Source: Cirrosporium novae-zelandiae (taxonomy: Eukaryota). From it: DNA of 64,000 nucleotides. The translations under genes and the position numbers were made by a program. Position 1 is the stretch's first letter, and each line of letters starts with the position of its first letter. The notes beneath the pieces are model-generated. The model saw nothing but the letters and a program-made list of their open reading frames with translations. It ran no database searches and had not been told where the DNA came from. The stretch lies in NCBI GenBank assembly GCA_026023565.1, contig JAPETS010000002.1, positions 1,054,001 to 1,118,000 of the forward strand, written 5' to 3'. Positions 39,601 through 52,529 of the stretch are shown here, one piece after another.

Positions 39601-40197
39601 ACAGCCAAGAACTCTAGTTTCGGAAGTCCAACGATGCCTGCCACTCCTGGGACCCCTACACGGTCAGCAAGTTTCAGCATTGCGAACGGGATCGGAGCTT
39701 CTGGTATGATGAGCATGAGAAGAACAAGGAGTAAGCTTGGAGATACGGTGGAGTTTGCCGCTATTGATATAGAACGTAATACACGGGGAAAGAAGAAAGC
39801 GAATGGAACGCACGAAGATAAAGATGAGAATTTCATGGTAAAACCTCATGATGAATCACACAATAATCGACACCACGAAGTCACAGATGATGTTCTAAGC
39901 TCGGAATCAAGCGAGAACCACCCCAACTCAACCGAAATAACCGAATCCATCGAAATATCGAAATCTAAACTCACACAACCAAATGAGGAATCCAAAGATA
40001 CATTTCAAGATGATGATCCAACACGGACCATGTCTACCGAACAACAGCTTCAAGCTGAACTCCAGGCTACCAATCCTATAGATGTCGATGTCAATGCCGT
40101 ATCAAATAACAAGGAGCTCAATCCCAAAATCTTAGATATTGATTCGGAGAGGGATGGTGATGGTGATATCGACATCCCCGACGCTCCAACGTTATGA
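36606..40197 (+). CDS. SAS3: MYST-family histone acetyltransferase with PHD finger (Sas3/Mst2 type), 4 exons
   Basis: Acidic N-terminus; PHD-like CIFC...CAVC...H..C...WRCPNC across introns 37127-37181, 37262-37336 and 37385-37438. MYST motifs: [52 protein letters not shown]. Confidence 0.93.
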
Positions 40198-42659
40198 AAC
40201 CGGCCATCACCCCTTTTCCCTTCCTAATATACCTTAGACTTCATCCTCTTCGTCTCAAACCAAAAATCTCCTTTAGCCATAGCTTATATAATCCATTCAA
40301 TACGTATGCACTTGCTTCTTCGATGGGTGGGTGGCTGGGCGATAGGAAAAGGAAAGGGAAAGGAAAGGAATTTTTTCAAAAATCCCTGGAGGATTGGATT
40401 TGGATTGGGTTGGATTGGGTTGGGATTGCATAACATAACATGCATACATGCATGTATGATGTACTTTACTTTTACTTACCCCATTCTTCAGAGGCGGTTG
40501 TGTTTTTTTTTTCTTTCAAGCTTTGAAAGTTTTTCGGGGGAGAGGGGGGATGGGGAGAGGGGAGAATTGTTCTGATTATTAACATTATTATTATTATTAT
40601 TATTATTTGCCGGAGTATTGGAGGAAGGGAGGGTTGGGCTGGGCTGGTTAAATAATGAGTGGGTGGACAGGAGTACTGTAGAGGAGTAGCTAGGAGCTAG
40701 GAGCGCTTGATAAACGTGGGGGGTAATTGAACTGATATTGAATTGAATTACAGTAATTTAGTCCGGCTAGAGCAACCAGCAAGCAAGTAAGTTAGATAAA
40801 TAGTAGCAATACCAATAGCAATGGTATTTATATACAGAACAGACACGGGAACTAGTCTACTCGTGCTTTTTTTTTTTTTTTGCTTTGGATTTTTTGGGGG
40901 GGGGAGTTTTCTTCCTCTTGACCGAATCAACTAACCAAACCAACCAACTTCTTTGAGGAATTTTTTTTTTTTTAAAACATTATCTAGATAATTATCTAAA
41001 ATTCTAAATCTCTCTCTTTGGGGTTTATGTGAAGAAGAAGGGGTTATGGAGAGGGAGAGAGAGAGGTAAAGGGGGGAGAGAGAGGGATAAGGATAAAGAA
41101 TAATTAATTAATGGTAAAATGTGGAGGTACAAGTTAGTTGAAACTTTTTTGATTCATTAATTAATTACCTCTCGCTCTCTCTAAGGTACATGTATAGTAT
41201 TTATTATGGAAGAAAGAGTAATTAATTGAACTTCCCCCACAAAGGGGGGTGGATGGATAATTAATTTATAACTCGAAATAGTCTGGGGAATTTCTTGATT
41301 TTTTTTTTGTTTGTTTTTGTTTGGTATGCTAGTCCCTTTCCCTTCTAATTACTGGGTATATATATATATATATATGGATTAACTCCATCATAAGTATATA
41401 TATATATTTGGTTTTTGTGTCCTTCGTGTCCTTCGTGTCCTTCGTGTTCTTTGCTACAATCAAATGTTATACCACTGTAACCTAACTAACCTCCACAAAG
41501 GACGATTAACTCATAATAAGAACTGATAGCAATTAGTCTTGATATATTTATTTATCCATTTCTTTCTCTTTCTCTCCCTTACTCACACACGCACACACGC
41601 ACAGGTGACAGGACAGGACGAACAGATCTATCGAGTCTCGAGAATATTATTTATCCATGGCATGGGTACCAACCAAATATGCAAAAATTGGAATTGGAAT
41701 TTACTATTTCGTCCTTGTTAGCGTTCAAGCGTATATACTTATCATACATATATACATACATACCATATCATAGCACCCTCTTTTTGTGGGGAGGGTGTGA
41801 TATGGATCTGGGTCTAGGTTCTCTTCTTCTTTTGCTTTTGCTTTTACCTTGTGGATACCTAACTATGGGAAGAGAATACTACTTACCTCGTTTCGACCTT
41901 TCGATTCGATTCGAATTATGTTACTGTGTCATTATGTTATTATCTTGTATTAACCCCCCACTTCCTTTCCCTTCTTCTTCTAATTACCTTAATTTCCATT
42001 TTGTTTCCTTTATTTTCCTTTAGTTCAGTTCCGAGAACCTGTAGTTAGTGTGGGGGGGGGGGGGACCAACCCCACATAGCGCCATTCATTTATTTTTATT
42101 CGTAAGGATGTGTTTGGCTAGATAGACAGACAAACAGACAAGCAGATAGATAGGATAGATAGATAGATAAAGAAAATGGAAAATAGAAAGGAAAGGAAAG
42201 GAAAGGAAGGAGAAGGGATTTAACTTGGAAGGGCTGAGGAGGTCTTGGGGTGGTGGGGAATAGGTCATTTATATTTTTTTAAGGAGGGGGGGGGGGGCTG
42301 GGTCTAGGGCTGAGTTTAGCAGAGGGTATTTGGGGGGGAAGAGGGAAGGGAGAAGCTGTATATTATGCGATGCGACTTTCTTGTTTTCTTTCCCCCAAAG
42401 GCCATCTAAAGCTATCAACCTCCCCTCCCCCCTCCTACGAGAACTAGAGACCCAGAGGGTCAGTGAAGGTCGAAGGGGTCTAACTAAGTTGTTGAGTAGC
42501 GAGGATTTAAAGTAGGAAGAGAGAGAAGGTGGGGGAGGGAAGGGGAGCGCACTCTTGCACTCATAGAGGGGCACCGGGGTTGGATATCGAAATGTGTTAA
42601 GTTGGGCTGGAGTTACTCTTAAGCTCATAGAGGGGCATAGAGGGGGGAGTTGGATTGGA

Positions 42660-42890
42660 TATTGAACCAATTAGGCTGGGCTGAATTGAGCTAATTATTA
42701 GACTGGGGCGGGGTGGACACTGGAGTGGACTGAGCTGGAGTGAACTGGGTGGAGTAGAACTGGCTTGGACTAGAGTAGAGTAGAGTAGACTAGTCTGGGT
42801 TAGTTAGACTGAGCTGGGCTAAGCTGGACTAGACTGGACTGAACCAGAGGATAGACGGATAGACAGATAGGCAGATAGGCAGATAGGCAG
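42660..42890. repeat. Degenerate pentanucleotide satellite (TGGAC/TAGAG/TGAGC-type units)
   Basis: For example tagagtagagtagagtagactag and ctggactagactggactga. Confidence 0.75.
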
Positions 42891-45800
42891 TCTATATATA
42901 AGATATATATCTAGTGAGAAAGAACCGGAATCCACATATGCATGTAGTGGGGATACCTGAGATAGACAATTAGATATATAGGTCCTATCCATCATCATTA
43001 TTAGTTATCTTAGCTTATTCGCTTATTAGCGACAATAATAATGGCAAAGATTTTTTTTATTGTCTGTAAGTCTCTATTCGTTTAGTATTTTGGTATTGAA
43101 GTTTATCAAAAGAGGTTGTTGACTAGGACTGGGGCTGGGTGGGTTTACTGAGTTAATCCTACCTAGGTATTATTATTGCATATTTATATGCAGTATGGTG
43201 TAGCGCGGGAACACGGTATTTGATATTTTTGGTAGTTAGTAGTTGCCATGTCGTTCTATTTAGATGGTTAGATGGATGGAGGGTGAGGAAGAATGGAGGA
43301 TAGAGAATGGAGGATGGAGGGAGAGTAAGTAGGGAGAGTGGGGAATAAGAAATAAGGGATTTATTATATTTTTATTATATTTTGTTGTCATATGCTGTGT
43401 TGTGTCGTGTTGTATTGGGCTATTCTGATGTTCATGCTGATTTTAATTCCAATATCCATCGAGGTGGGGGTGGACCTCCGGTTATCGAAATGTTATCAAA
43501 AATGTACAACATCAACACCAAAAAAACCTTCAAAAAACCCTAACTAAATATATATACTTTTTTGTTCATCTCACACTTAAGATACTTTGTTTTTCAATTA
43601 TACTTTCTATAATAACTTACGGCTGTAAGTTTGAGCTTAACTTGACTAATTAATTAAGCATAAGAAAATAATTAAGACATTTGTTTTTTTTATTTTAAAA
43701 AAAATTAGAGAGGGTAGTAAAGTACGGCTGTTAGGCTGGTGCGTGCGTGCTTCCTTACGTGCTCGCTCTTTCGTGATCTCTGTCGTGTCCGTGACCCTGG
43801 GTTGGATTGAGTCAGATTAGGTTTTTGCTAAGGAAGCCAATTAGTCACTTTGATTTGAATTGGTGTCATTGGATTTATTTGGTATTTGATGTATAATTAA
43901 TTATGATGATGACTTCTTCCTTTACGATTTTTAGCCCTAAGACATCATGATTGTGGCTGTGGTTGTGTCCCGTTCAAGTGGTGAAGTTAGCTGATGGACA
44001 GACCACCAAAACATCACCAGCCTCAGCAATAGAGGTACTGTGTAGAAAGTTAATGGAATGGCTAAATCAACGGCTTTGAATGTCCTACATTCGAATCTAC
44101 ACACGCCATTAAAGATCAACCCAAGGTAAAATTCCCACTTGGATCTATTGCATATCTTGGGTTTACTACCACTCGGGTAGTTTCTTTACCTTTAATAACT
44201 GCTCAACGTTATTTCAGTCGCCTTTTCTTTCCCCTGCATTTCCGAAAACATAGTCAGGTCATTTCATGATAAAACTTCTCAAGACAACTTTTTTGGTGAG
44301 CTGAACACCAGGTTGGTTTTTTATTTGGGTGTGCTAAGGCGACTTGTATGACCATTAGGCCGGGTGGGTGGGTCGATCATGATTCCATCATCTGTCGATA
44401 TCGAGGAACATATTATGTATGTATGTTATTGTCGGAGGAAAAATAAAGGTTTCTATATATGTATTGTGTAATTGAATGGATCTTACAAATTTGCAGCCAG
44501 TTTCTTGGCAATCATGTTTCGTGCAATCCAACGGGATAAGGTCGCAACTGGAAACAAGTTGCGCGGCGGCGGTTGATGGATACTTGGAACTGGATTTCTT
44601 CCCGCGTGGTTGCAAGGAATCATGAGACAGGGCTTTATCAAATCGAGCCCTGCAAATGGTGTTGTCAATGCCTGGTTCCACAGATGGCGGAAGGGGGGTC
44701 TGTCTAAAGGGGCAGATTCCTAGAGTAGCCATTCAGAAGAAAAGAAACAATGGGTAGCGAGATGTGATTTAACAAGGTAGAACCTTGCTCTGGGGTCAAT
44801 GACAGTAGGGGAGATATCAATATGCACGGAGAGTCCACTACCCCGGACAATAGCGAAAGCCGAAACTCTAACTATGGTAGAAAGAGGCGACTTCCTGAAC
44901 GATACATGGTGGATGGTTAGAGGGCTGTCAAACATGTGGTTTAATGCACAAGGGGCCCCATACAACCTCGAGCAAGTCATAACCGTACTCTGCCACTGTC
45001 ACAGCAGGCACCTCTTGCTTTTTTGGAGGGTTTTTCTTAAAGAGGGTAGATTTTGGCGATCAGATCAAATTATATTCCGATCATCCAAGTATCTTTTTTA
45101 TTTCCTTTTCCTTTTCTTCAAATATATTACTGCCAGCACATAGATTTTACTATAACCTGTAGGTGTCCGAATTTGTCATGATCTGGTTCGTAGTTGGAGG
45201 GTACCGCACAGTACTTCCAAAGAATAATCAGCAAGCAATATTTTGTGATGGGATGGGATTTGCGATGGATCAATGCCTGGCAGGACTGGCAGACCTGCAG
45301 ACCTGCAGACCGGGCAGGCCTGAGTCTGTGGGTACAATGTGGCTGACCTCGACAAGGAATTGGGTTGGATGGGGAAGCGGTCAAATCTTGGAACGTCCAA
45401 AGTAAGAAAAGTAGTACTGCAGATGATGGCTGTTAGTTGACATAAACAATTTATAATTATCATTTTGATTTGATCATTCTTGTACCGTACCTCTTTGTCA
45501 TTTTCCCATTTTTCTATTTTTCCATTTTTTTTTTCATTTCGCTTTTGTGTGATTACAAATTGCCCCTCCACAATATTGTAATAAACAATTCAATAAAAAT
45601 AGTAGAATACATGAAAATGATAACAATGACGCTGGAAAGGATGCTGATCAAAGGGAAAGTGGATGGGCTGATCGAAATGAATGTGGGAAGTAAATGCACT
45701 TTGTCGACACTAAAGACACTAAAAGACGCCAAAGGGACTAAGAAAGAGACCTTTGGGCAATGAGGAGGGGAACGGAGCGTTTGGTGGATCGGGAGGTCGG

Positions 45801-48800
45801 TTCATCCCGGGAAAAAACCAAAAGGTCAAAGTCAAGGATTCATCACTTGAAGATTGACAGATTGTTCCACCAAAATAACAAAAGCCACTTTTCTCACCAC
45901 CTGCACTCAGCCGCCAGCAGACCATGGGAACCCAGATAGCTTAATTGCTTTCTGTACTCCGCTTGTCCTCCTCTCTCTCCTTCTCCGTCCTCCTCTGTCC
46001 TCCTCTATCCTCTATGCTCATCCCACCACCGAAATACGAAAAAAGCCACCTGGAACCCAGTGGCGTCTACAGTCCAGGTTCTATCAAATTCAATTTCACA
46101 TCAAGCTTAACCTTCAACTGATTTCTGCCTCGTTGTGCAATGTTTGTAGGCCCGATTACATGTTTTGGATCACCAACCATGAAGCCTTCGAGTCATTCAA
46201 TTCAAGGGAAATGGTCGGTCATAGCATGTGATGATGTATGGATTTGATATAATCATGCGTCAGGGTCAACCCTCAACCATCAAGCTATCAAACCATGGAG
46301 GTATGATCAGATATTGCCGTAGATTTCCTTGATTTGCCTAATGAACTAGTTTTGTGTAACTTGAATGCGACAACCAGGAACTAAAAACGTTTAGAGAGCT
46401 AGGGAGAGGCTAGGAATCAATTTCCGTATCTCCTCCCGAAACCTAAGGTTCTCGAGACTCTTTGGAGGGGAAATGTAAATTAGGGTCAAGACTAAGGTCA
46501 ACAGGGATTGACGGGGGACCAATTGGGGCCAGCTGGCATTGACTGGGGACCAACTGGGGAGTTAATGAAGTGCTCACTAGGGCTATGGTAACAATACAGC
46601 CTCCTTTACCTTTTTGTACCGTAAACGTTCAAGAAAGCATGGCATACCACGCGATCGGTTAACGGCAGTTTGCACTTTTTCAAACAAACAGCACCGATGC
46701 AAGGACAGAAAATTCCAAATCTGGGATAAAATTCTAGCAGTCATGGATGGTTATGGTCAAGAGTCAGGACATATGGAACACAGCCAGAGTACAGAAGAGA
46801 ACGCAGTCTAACTTTGTAGGTGTTGAATGGTATTCAATGGTATTCTGGCTCCCCCAATCATGGTATTATCATTGGTTGAATCATTGGTTGAATCAATATG
46901 TGTAGTAACTGGTTCATGGATTACTCCATTGATGTGGATGGTATTTGGATGGTATTTGGGTATTGGGGTATTGGGGTATTGGGTATTTGAATGGTATTTG
47001 ACTGTTTGGTTGTTTGACTGTTTGGATCATGTTTAGGCGTGTTTGGTGTCTCTGATGTCTTACCTAAAGGGAAAAAAAAAGAAAAAAAGTACCTGTACTG
47101 TGCGTCATGTATGTACGGTACAGGCTGTACGGTATATGCAGGAGGCTCGAAAAGAATAATCGGGAACGATGCGCCATCCGCAACTCTCAATCCACACCCT
47201 TCTTCCTCATCCTTCTTCCTTGGTTGGTTGAATTACATGCTGGAAATTTCCCAAATTTTCAAACAAGGATCATCAACCCACCCCCATGTTCGTTATTTTG
47301 TTACAGCCCATCTTGTATCGTGTCTGTGCTCCTCTATCTGGGTTGTGGATCGTGATCTCAAGCATGAGCGAAATTATCAGACTACTCCATGCGAAATGTG
47401 CAATGTGATGCCTCGTCGCGACCTGATAGACTGCACCTTGCCGTTTTTTCATGTCATTCTCCATACGAGTATCTGTCGACCTGTTCGCTTGTGCAGACGA
47501 ATCGACGTGGTAATGAGAAATCCGATATTCCTTCTCCAAAGAGACCTGGTCCATATTCCTTGAAATTGAAGCCTTACGAACCCTGGACCTTTGGACCATC
47601 GGCTTTTTCAATATATTATCTGATTCAAAACCATCGGCTTTTGGTTCTCAATGTCCATTAACTCTACATTTTCAAGAAACCAAACATCAAGTTGATTACC
47701 ATCACATACCATAAACACTTTCCTGTTGTGTCGCCAGAGTTGGAGAATCATCCTGCTCTGGTTGTATTTTAATACTATTCGACCATTAGGTATTTTCTCC
47801 GGAATAGCTTCTTAAATAATAATCTAATCTGTTAGAACTAGAAACGTATTGTGGCTCGTACCACTACTCATCGAAACCACTTCTTTTATACCAACATTCG
47901 GATTCCACCTTCAGATTAAATCCGTGCTTTGCCCGAGACTATTCCTTCAGCAAAGACTAGATCATTCCACGACTCAAGGATATATTCAAAAAGTATTTAT
48001 TCAGAGTAATTAAGATACTAGTGATATGGCAGCAGTAAGGGCTTCAAGGTAGAACCCATCATAGTTGGGAGTTTTGACAACTTGGGGTGGTTGGATCTCC
48101 AACAGTGGAGATTTTAAAAGTCGCAGCTTGGTTCCGCTGGAATCGATCCTAGATCGGTATACCCGTTTGGGGTTTATCCATCTCTACAAATTGATCGCAT
48201 CCTTCTAGCAGGGGTGCAGTTGCCGTTTGGGTGGAAGAGAATCCATAAAACCTTTGTGTGGAAGATTTTGAACAAGTATTGCACAAAAGTTTTGGTGTTG
48301 AATTTGCTGTGGACAAGGTTTGGGGCAAGTGTGGCTCTCGATGAATGATATCATTGGTTATTTATACGTGCGATTGAGCTCTATAGCATTTCCAAATGTC
48401 TATGGATTGCGCACAATAACCTTTCCTGTGTCTGTCAACTCGAAAATCAACGAGCCAAGCGGAGGACTATTTAGTTGACCCCCAGATCCCAAGTTCTCGA
48501 GTCTCTCAGTGATGCCGATTCTCAGGCTATCCCTCAACGACGTTTTCACCTATCTTCCCCATCTACCGCCCAAGAGCAACTGATAATCCAAGAAAATAGT
48601 GGAGTACGTATAACAGGCACGCCCTTACCAGGCCTTGTGCTGTTAGATTCCTTTTCCTTTAACCCCTTACGTTGACTAATTCGCCGATTTCTTTGTAGCC
48701 TAGTGGCCTTCCTCCAATCCAGAATAGCGATATTCAAAATAACGAATTCCTTTTTTTTCCCAAGAAGAATTCAGGCAAACAGAATCTCGGCGGTTCGGGT

Positions 48801-48803
48801 CTG

Positions 48804-50502
48804 ATGGATCCGTCTTCTATTCCCCGTGGACCATCTGTTAGAAATGGCGAGTATGAATTGTCAATGCGCCAACAACCAGCTCGAGGACAGGTGGCTAGCT
48901 CCAAGGAGAAAGGTATGACATTAATATGTTCAGTCTTGGCATCAACTGACAACTATTGAATAGATAGGAAACCTCTTGATCCACCACCTGTCGTTCAACT
49001 CGAGATTCATGATGGCGATGCGTCTCGGTGAGCAGCTTGGTATACACCTCGAGATAAATAGCTGAAGATTCCTCCAGGCAATGGCTTCAAAGCCCTTATT
49101 TCTTTGTGGTCGGGCATCTATACAACGAGAACACGAATGAGGCAGTCAATATGCCCGCGCAGACGCTTTTTGCTGGTCAGGTTTCATCTTCTTTGCACCG
49201 TTTGAAGGACTTTGATAATTGTGGCAAGTGGACACACTCTCTTTTCTGTAGTCTGCTAATTGGTGTAGATTCTGGATATTTCATCTTCGGGGACCTTAGC
49301 GTGAAGGTTGAAGGCAAATGGCGACTGAAATTTAGCCTTTTTGAAATGAGAGAGTAAGAGGTTCATCGATTCGGGATAGCATATCTCCATGCTAACCTCG
49401 ATCCTAGGAAAGGGGTTAACGTGGTATTTCTCTGCTCCATTCTCACCGACCCTTTCACAGGTAAGGACTCGATTCCACCAAAAACTCTGATGCTAAATGA
49501 TGTTAGTATATTCCCCAACAGACTTTCCTGGGATGGGGGAATCAACGTTTCTATCCAGATCTCTTGCGGAGCAAGGAGTGCGACTGAGAATTCGAAAAGA
49601 GCCTCGTACCACAATGTAAGCAATAAGTCCAATATAACAGAACATCCAAATAACATTGGCTCAGCCGTGGACGCCCTCCTGTGCGATCGACCCAGCAGTA
49701 TTCCCAAGAACCAACCTTGGCAGGGCCCCTTACCGTGCAATCGACTCAGTATTCTCAGGAGCCAATTCTGGCTGGATCTCTTATGGCCTATACCAATGTG
49801 CGACCAGCCCAGCAGTATCCCCAGGACCAAAATCTATCAGCATCCTTTATCGCCAGCGCCAATGTGCCAGCGGCAGCCTCGCCCGTCAAACGTCCAAGAA
49901 CCAGCTACGAGCTCGGCCCCACCACAGAATCTTTCGCCCAGGTACGGCCCCGAACAGGATCAAACACGGCCTCTCCAACCTTCCAGAACGCCTATTACAC
50001 CCAAAGCTCAAACTCATACGCCCTCAACCAGCCAAGCGGTCAACAACCTCCGAGCTACGGCCCAAACTCAACTTTCCGCCCCCCAACCACCACAGAAATA
50101 CCAGGCTTCGCATTCCGCCAGCCATATTCTAGACTCCTAAACAGCCCAGACACGCTCGGAAACGACCCACCACAAAACCGATACCCCAACACGAACACCA
50201 CCACCAACAACAATAGCAATATAAACCCTCCCACTCCCGTGTCCACGTCATACCCCACCTACCCCCAACCTACCCATGTTCATACCCATACCCATACCCA
50301 CACCCACGGCCCAAGAAGCCCCGCCTCTCTATTCACTCCAAACACCTATCTTTCTTCAGCACAACAACAGCCATCTTTACTTACTCTCCCTCCCGCAAGA
50401 ATACCGCTATGGGATCCTCCTCAACAGCACACTCCAAAACAGGGTGATCATGTTGGATATCAACTCCCGTCTCCGGTTACTAATACTTATCGACAGGGTT
50501 AG
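48804..50502 (+). CDS. vosA: Velvet-family regulator, VosA-like (N-terminal velvet domain, P/Q/T-rich tail), 7 exons
   Basis: [95 protein letters not shown]. Introns 48913-48963, 49028-49077, 49224-49268 (GC-AG), 49354-49407, 49461-49506 and 49616-49664. Velvet family is secure; vosA orthology is less so. Confidence 0.85.
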
Positions 50503-51877
50503 GGGTTTGGGTAGGAGTCTATGGGGGGAGTTTTTTTTGGGAGATATTGCCCTTAGGAAGAGAGAGGGTGAAGAGGAGTTTTAGGTAGGAGATTTTTCGG
50601 GGTATTACTTTTAGGGAAAGGGGAGAAGGAGTAAAAGAAAGCGTGAAAAAGATAAAAGAATTAAAAAAGCGGGAGTAGGGGAGAAAAGGAGAAAAGGAGA
50701 AAAGGAGAAAAGGCGAAAAGGAAGGCATGGGTGTAAGTTGGTAACCTAGTTAAGGCTAGGTTACGCTAGGTTACGCTAAGCGGGTCACTCGGTCGGGCTG
50801 GGTAGATTATTTTATCATTCTATCATTCTATCCTGTCCTGTACTGTACATTTAACATTTACATTTAACATTTACTCAAATCTTCAAACTCCCCTCTTTAC
50901 TTTCCTTTTTTTTCCTTTCTTCTCTTCAATTTAGATGGGAACATGGAAAATAGAAAAACAGAAAGTATATATATATAAAGTTCGATCGGATCAATCACTC
51001 AGTGAGGTTAGATACACCATTTATTTTATTATTCCATTCTGTTGGAAAGAAGTTAGTCAGAAAGTCAGCCGGTACCTTAGTCCGGGCCTCGATACGATAC
51101 AAATCTCAGTTATAAGCTACCACTATATACCGACTTCAGTCATAATCCCAATCTCAATCAAGAACCCCCACTCACACAATCTCACTCACAATTCCAATCA
51201 ACACACACGCCCTCCAACACCTCCTTCAATCTCACACCTTTCAATCAGAATTTTTTATATTTTACTCCACTTGCGCCACAAATCAAAATATTATTATTGG
51301 TTTATAATAAGGGAATTTGATGAGTGAAGGGAAGGGAAGGGAAGAGAAGTGAATACATGATGCATATAGGGATGTAGGAGAATGTAGGAGGGGAGGAAGT
51401 AGATTTTTTGGTGGTGGTGGTGGTGAGTTGAGTAATTCTTGGTCCGCTGGTTACGGTATATTTACTTGACTTCCCCAGCCCCCCCCTGTTCATTTCCTAT
51501 TTTTTTTTTTTTTGTATTTGGCTCGAAAAAGTGATACGAGAGTAAGATGTGGTGCTAAGGGAACGGAGGGAGAGAAAAGGGGAGGAGAGGAGAGGAAAGG
51601 AGAGGAGAGGAAAGATAGGTGTTTCTTTTTTTGTATATGAGTAGTTTTTAGTATTGGGGGTATCTGGTACGAGTTGTATGGTATGCTTTCTAGGCTTCTA
51701 GGGCTTCTTTAGATGAGGATGGGGATGGGGATGGGCAAGATGGCAACAAGGAAGGAGATGTTGGGAGTTAGGGGATGGGAGTTTGTGAGTTAAGAGTTAG
51801 GGTTAGGGAGAACGAATATCTAGGTATTATCTACCCTAGGTATTACAAATGTTCATTTACTCGCTCGCATCCCAACA

Positions 51878-51908
<31 letters not shown>

Positions 51909-52529
51909 GAAAGTATCTTTACAACTACAGCCAACAACAACTACAACTACAACGGGAAACGAAACGAAACGAAACGAAAATGTTTTGATAGATAAGATGG
52001 AAAGAAAGATGGAGATGTTGGCAAAAGGCTTCTTCGGATGGGGAGCAAAGATGGGAGTTGGGAAGTATATACGCATACGCATACGCAATCAATACTCATA
52101 TCCCCATACCTAAACCCATACACATACCAACTACCAAAAGATCTATACAAATGTCAATCATTATTTCATGATTGGATATCCCCAAAACCAACCATCATAA
52201 CCAACCAACCAACCAACTAATTGATTGATTGATGAAGAAGTAGGTAGGTAATTATCTTACAACAACAACCCTCCCCCTTACCTACTTTAATTATTAACTA
52301 CCCACCCACCAAAAGGATCTATTTACTCGGACGGAAGAGCGTTAGGACGGCCGAATAAATGAATAGGTGTATTTTATATATACAGTGAATATTCGTTATT
52401 TACGTCTTGAATCAATTAATCGTCTTAGGAATATATATCTTACAATGGCCCCCCCTTACTACCGTCCCCTCCTCATCCCTACCCCATTCCCCTACTCTAC
52501 CCAAAAAGAACTAAAAAAAAACCCTCCAT

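Noticed and set aside
43537..43940. AACCCTAAC and TAGCCCTAA as a telomerase RNA template
   Set aside because: The first lies in low-complexity DNA and the second mismatches TAACCCTAA; no telomerase-type pseudoknot follows.
49421..50140. 239-aa and 158-aa ORFs overlapping the velvet gene
   Set aside because: Alternative frames of the repeat-rich last exon; the spliced velvet model explains the region.
51796..51808. Telomere-like GTTAGGGTTAGGG
   Set aside because: Only two units, internal, within simple-repeat DNA.
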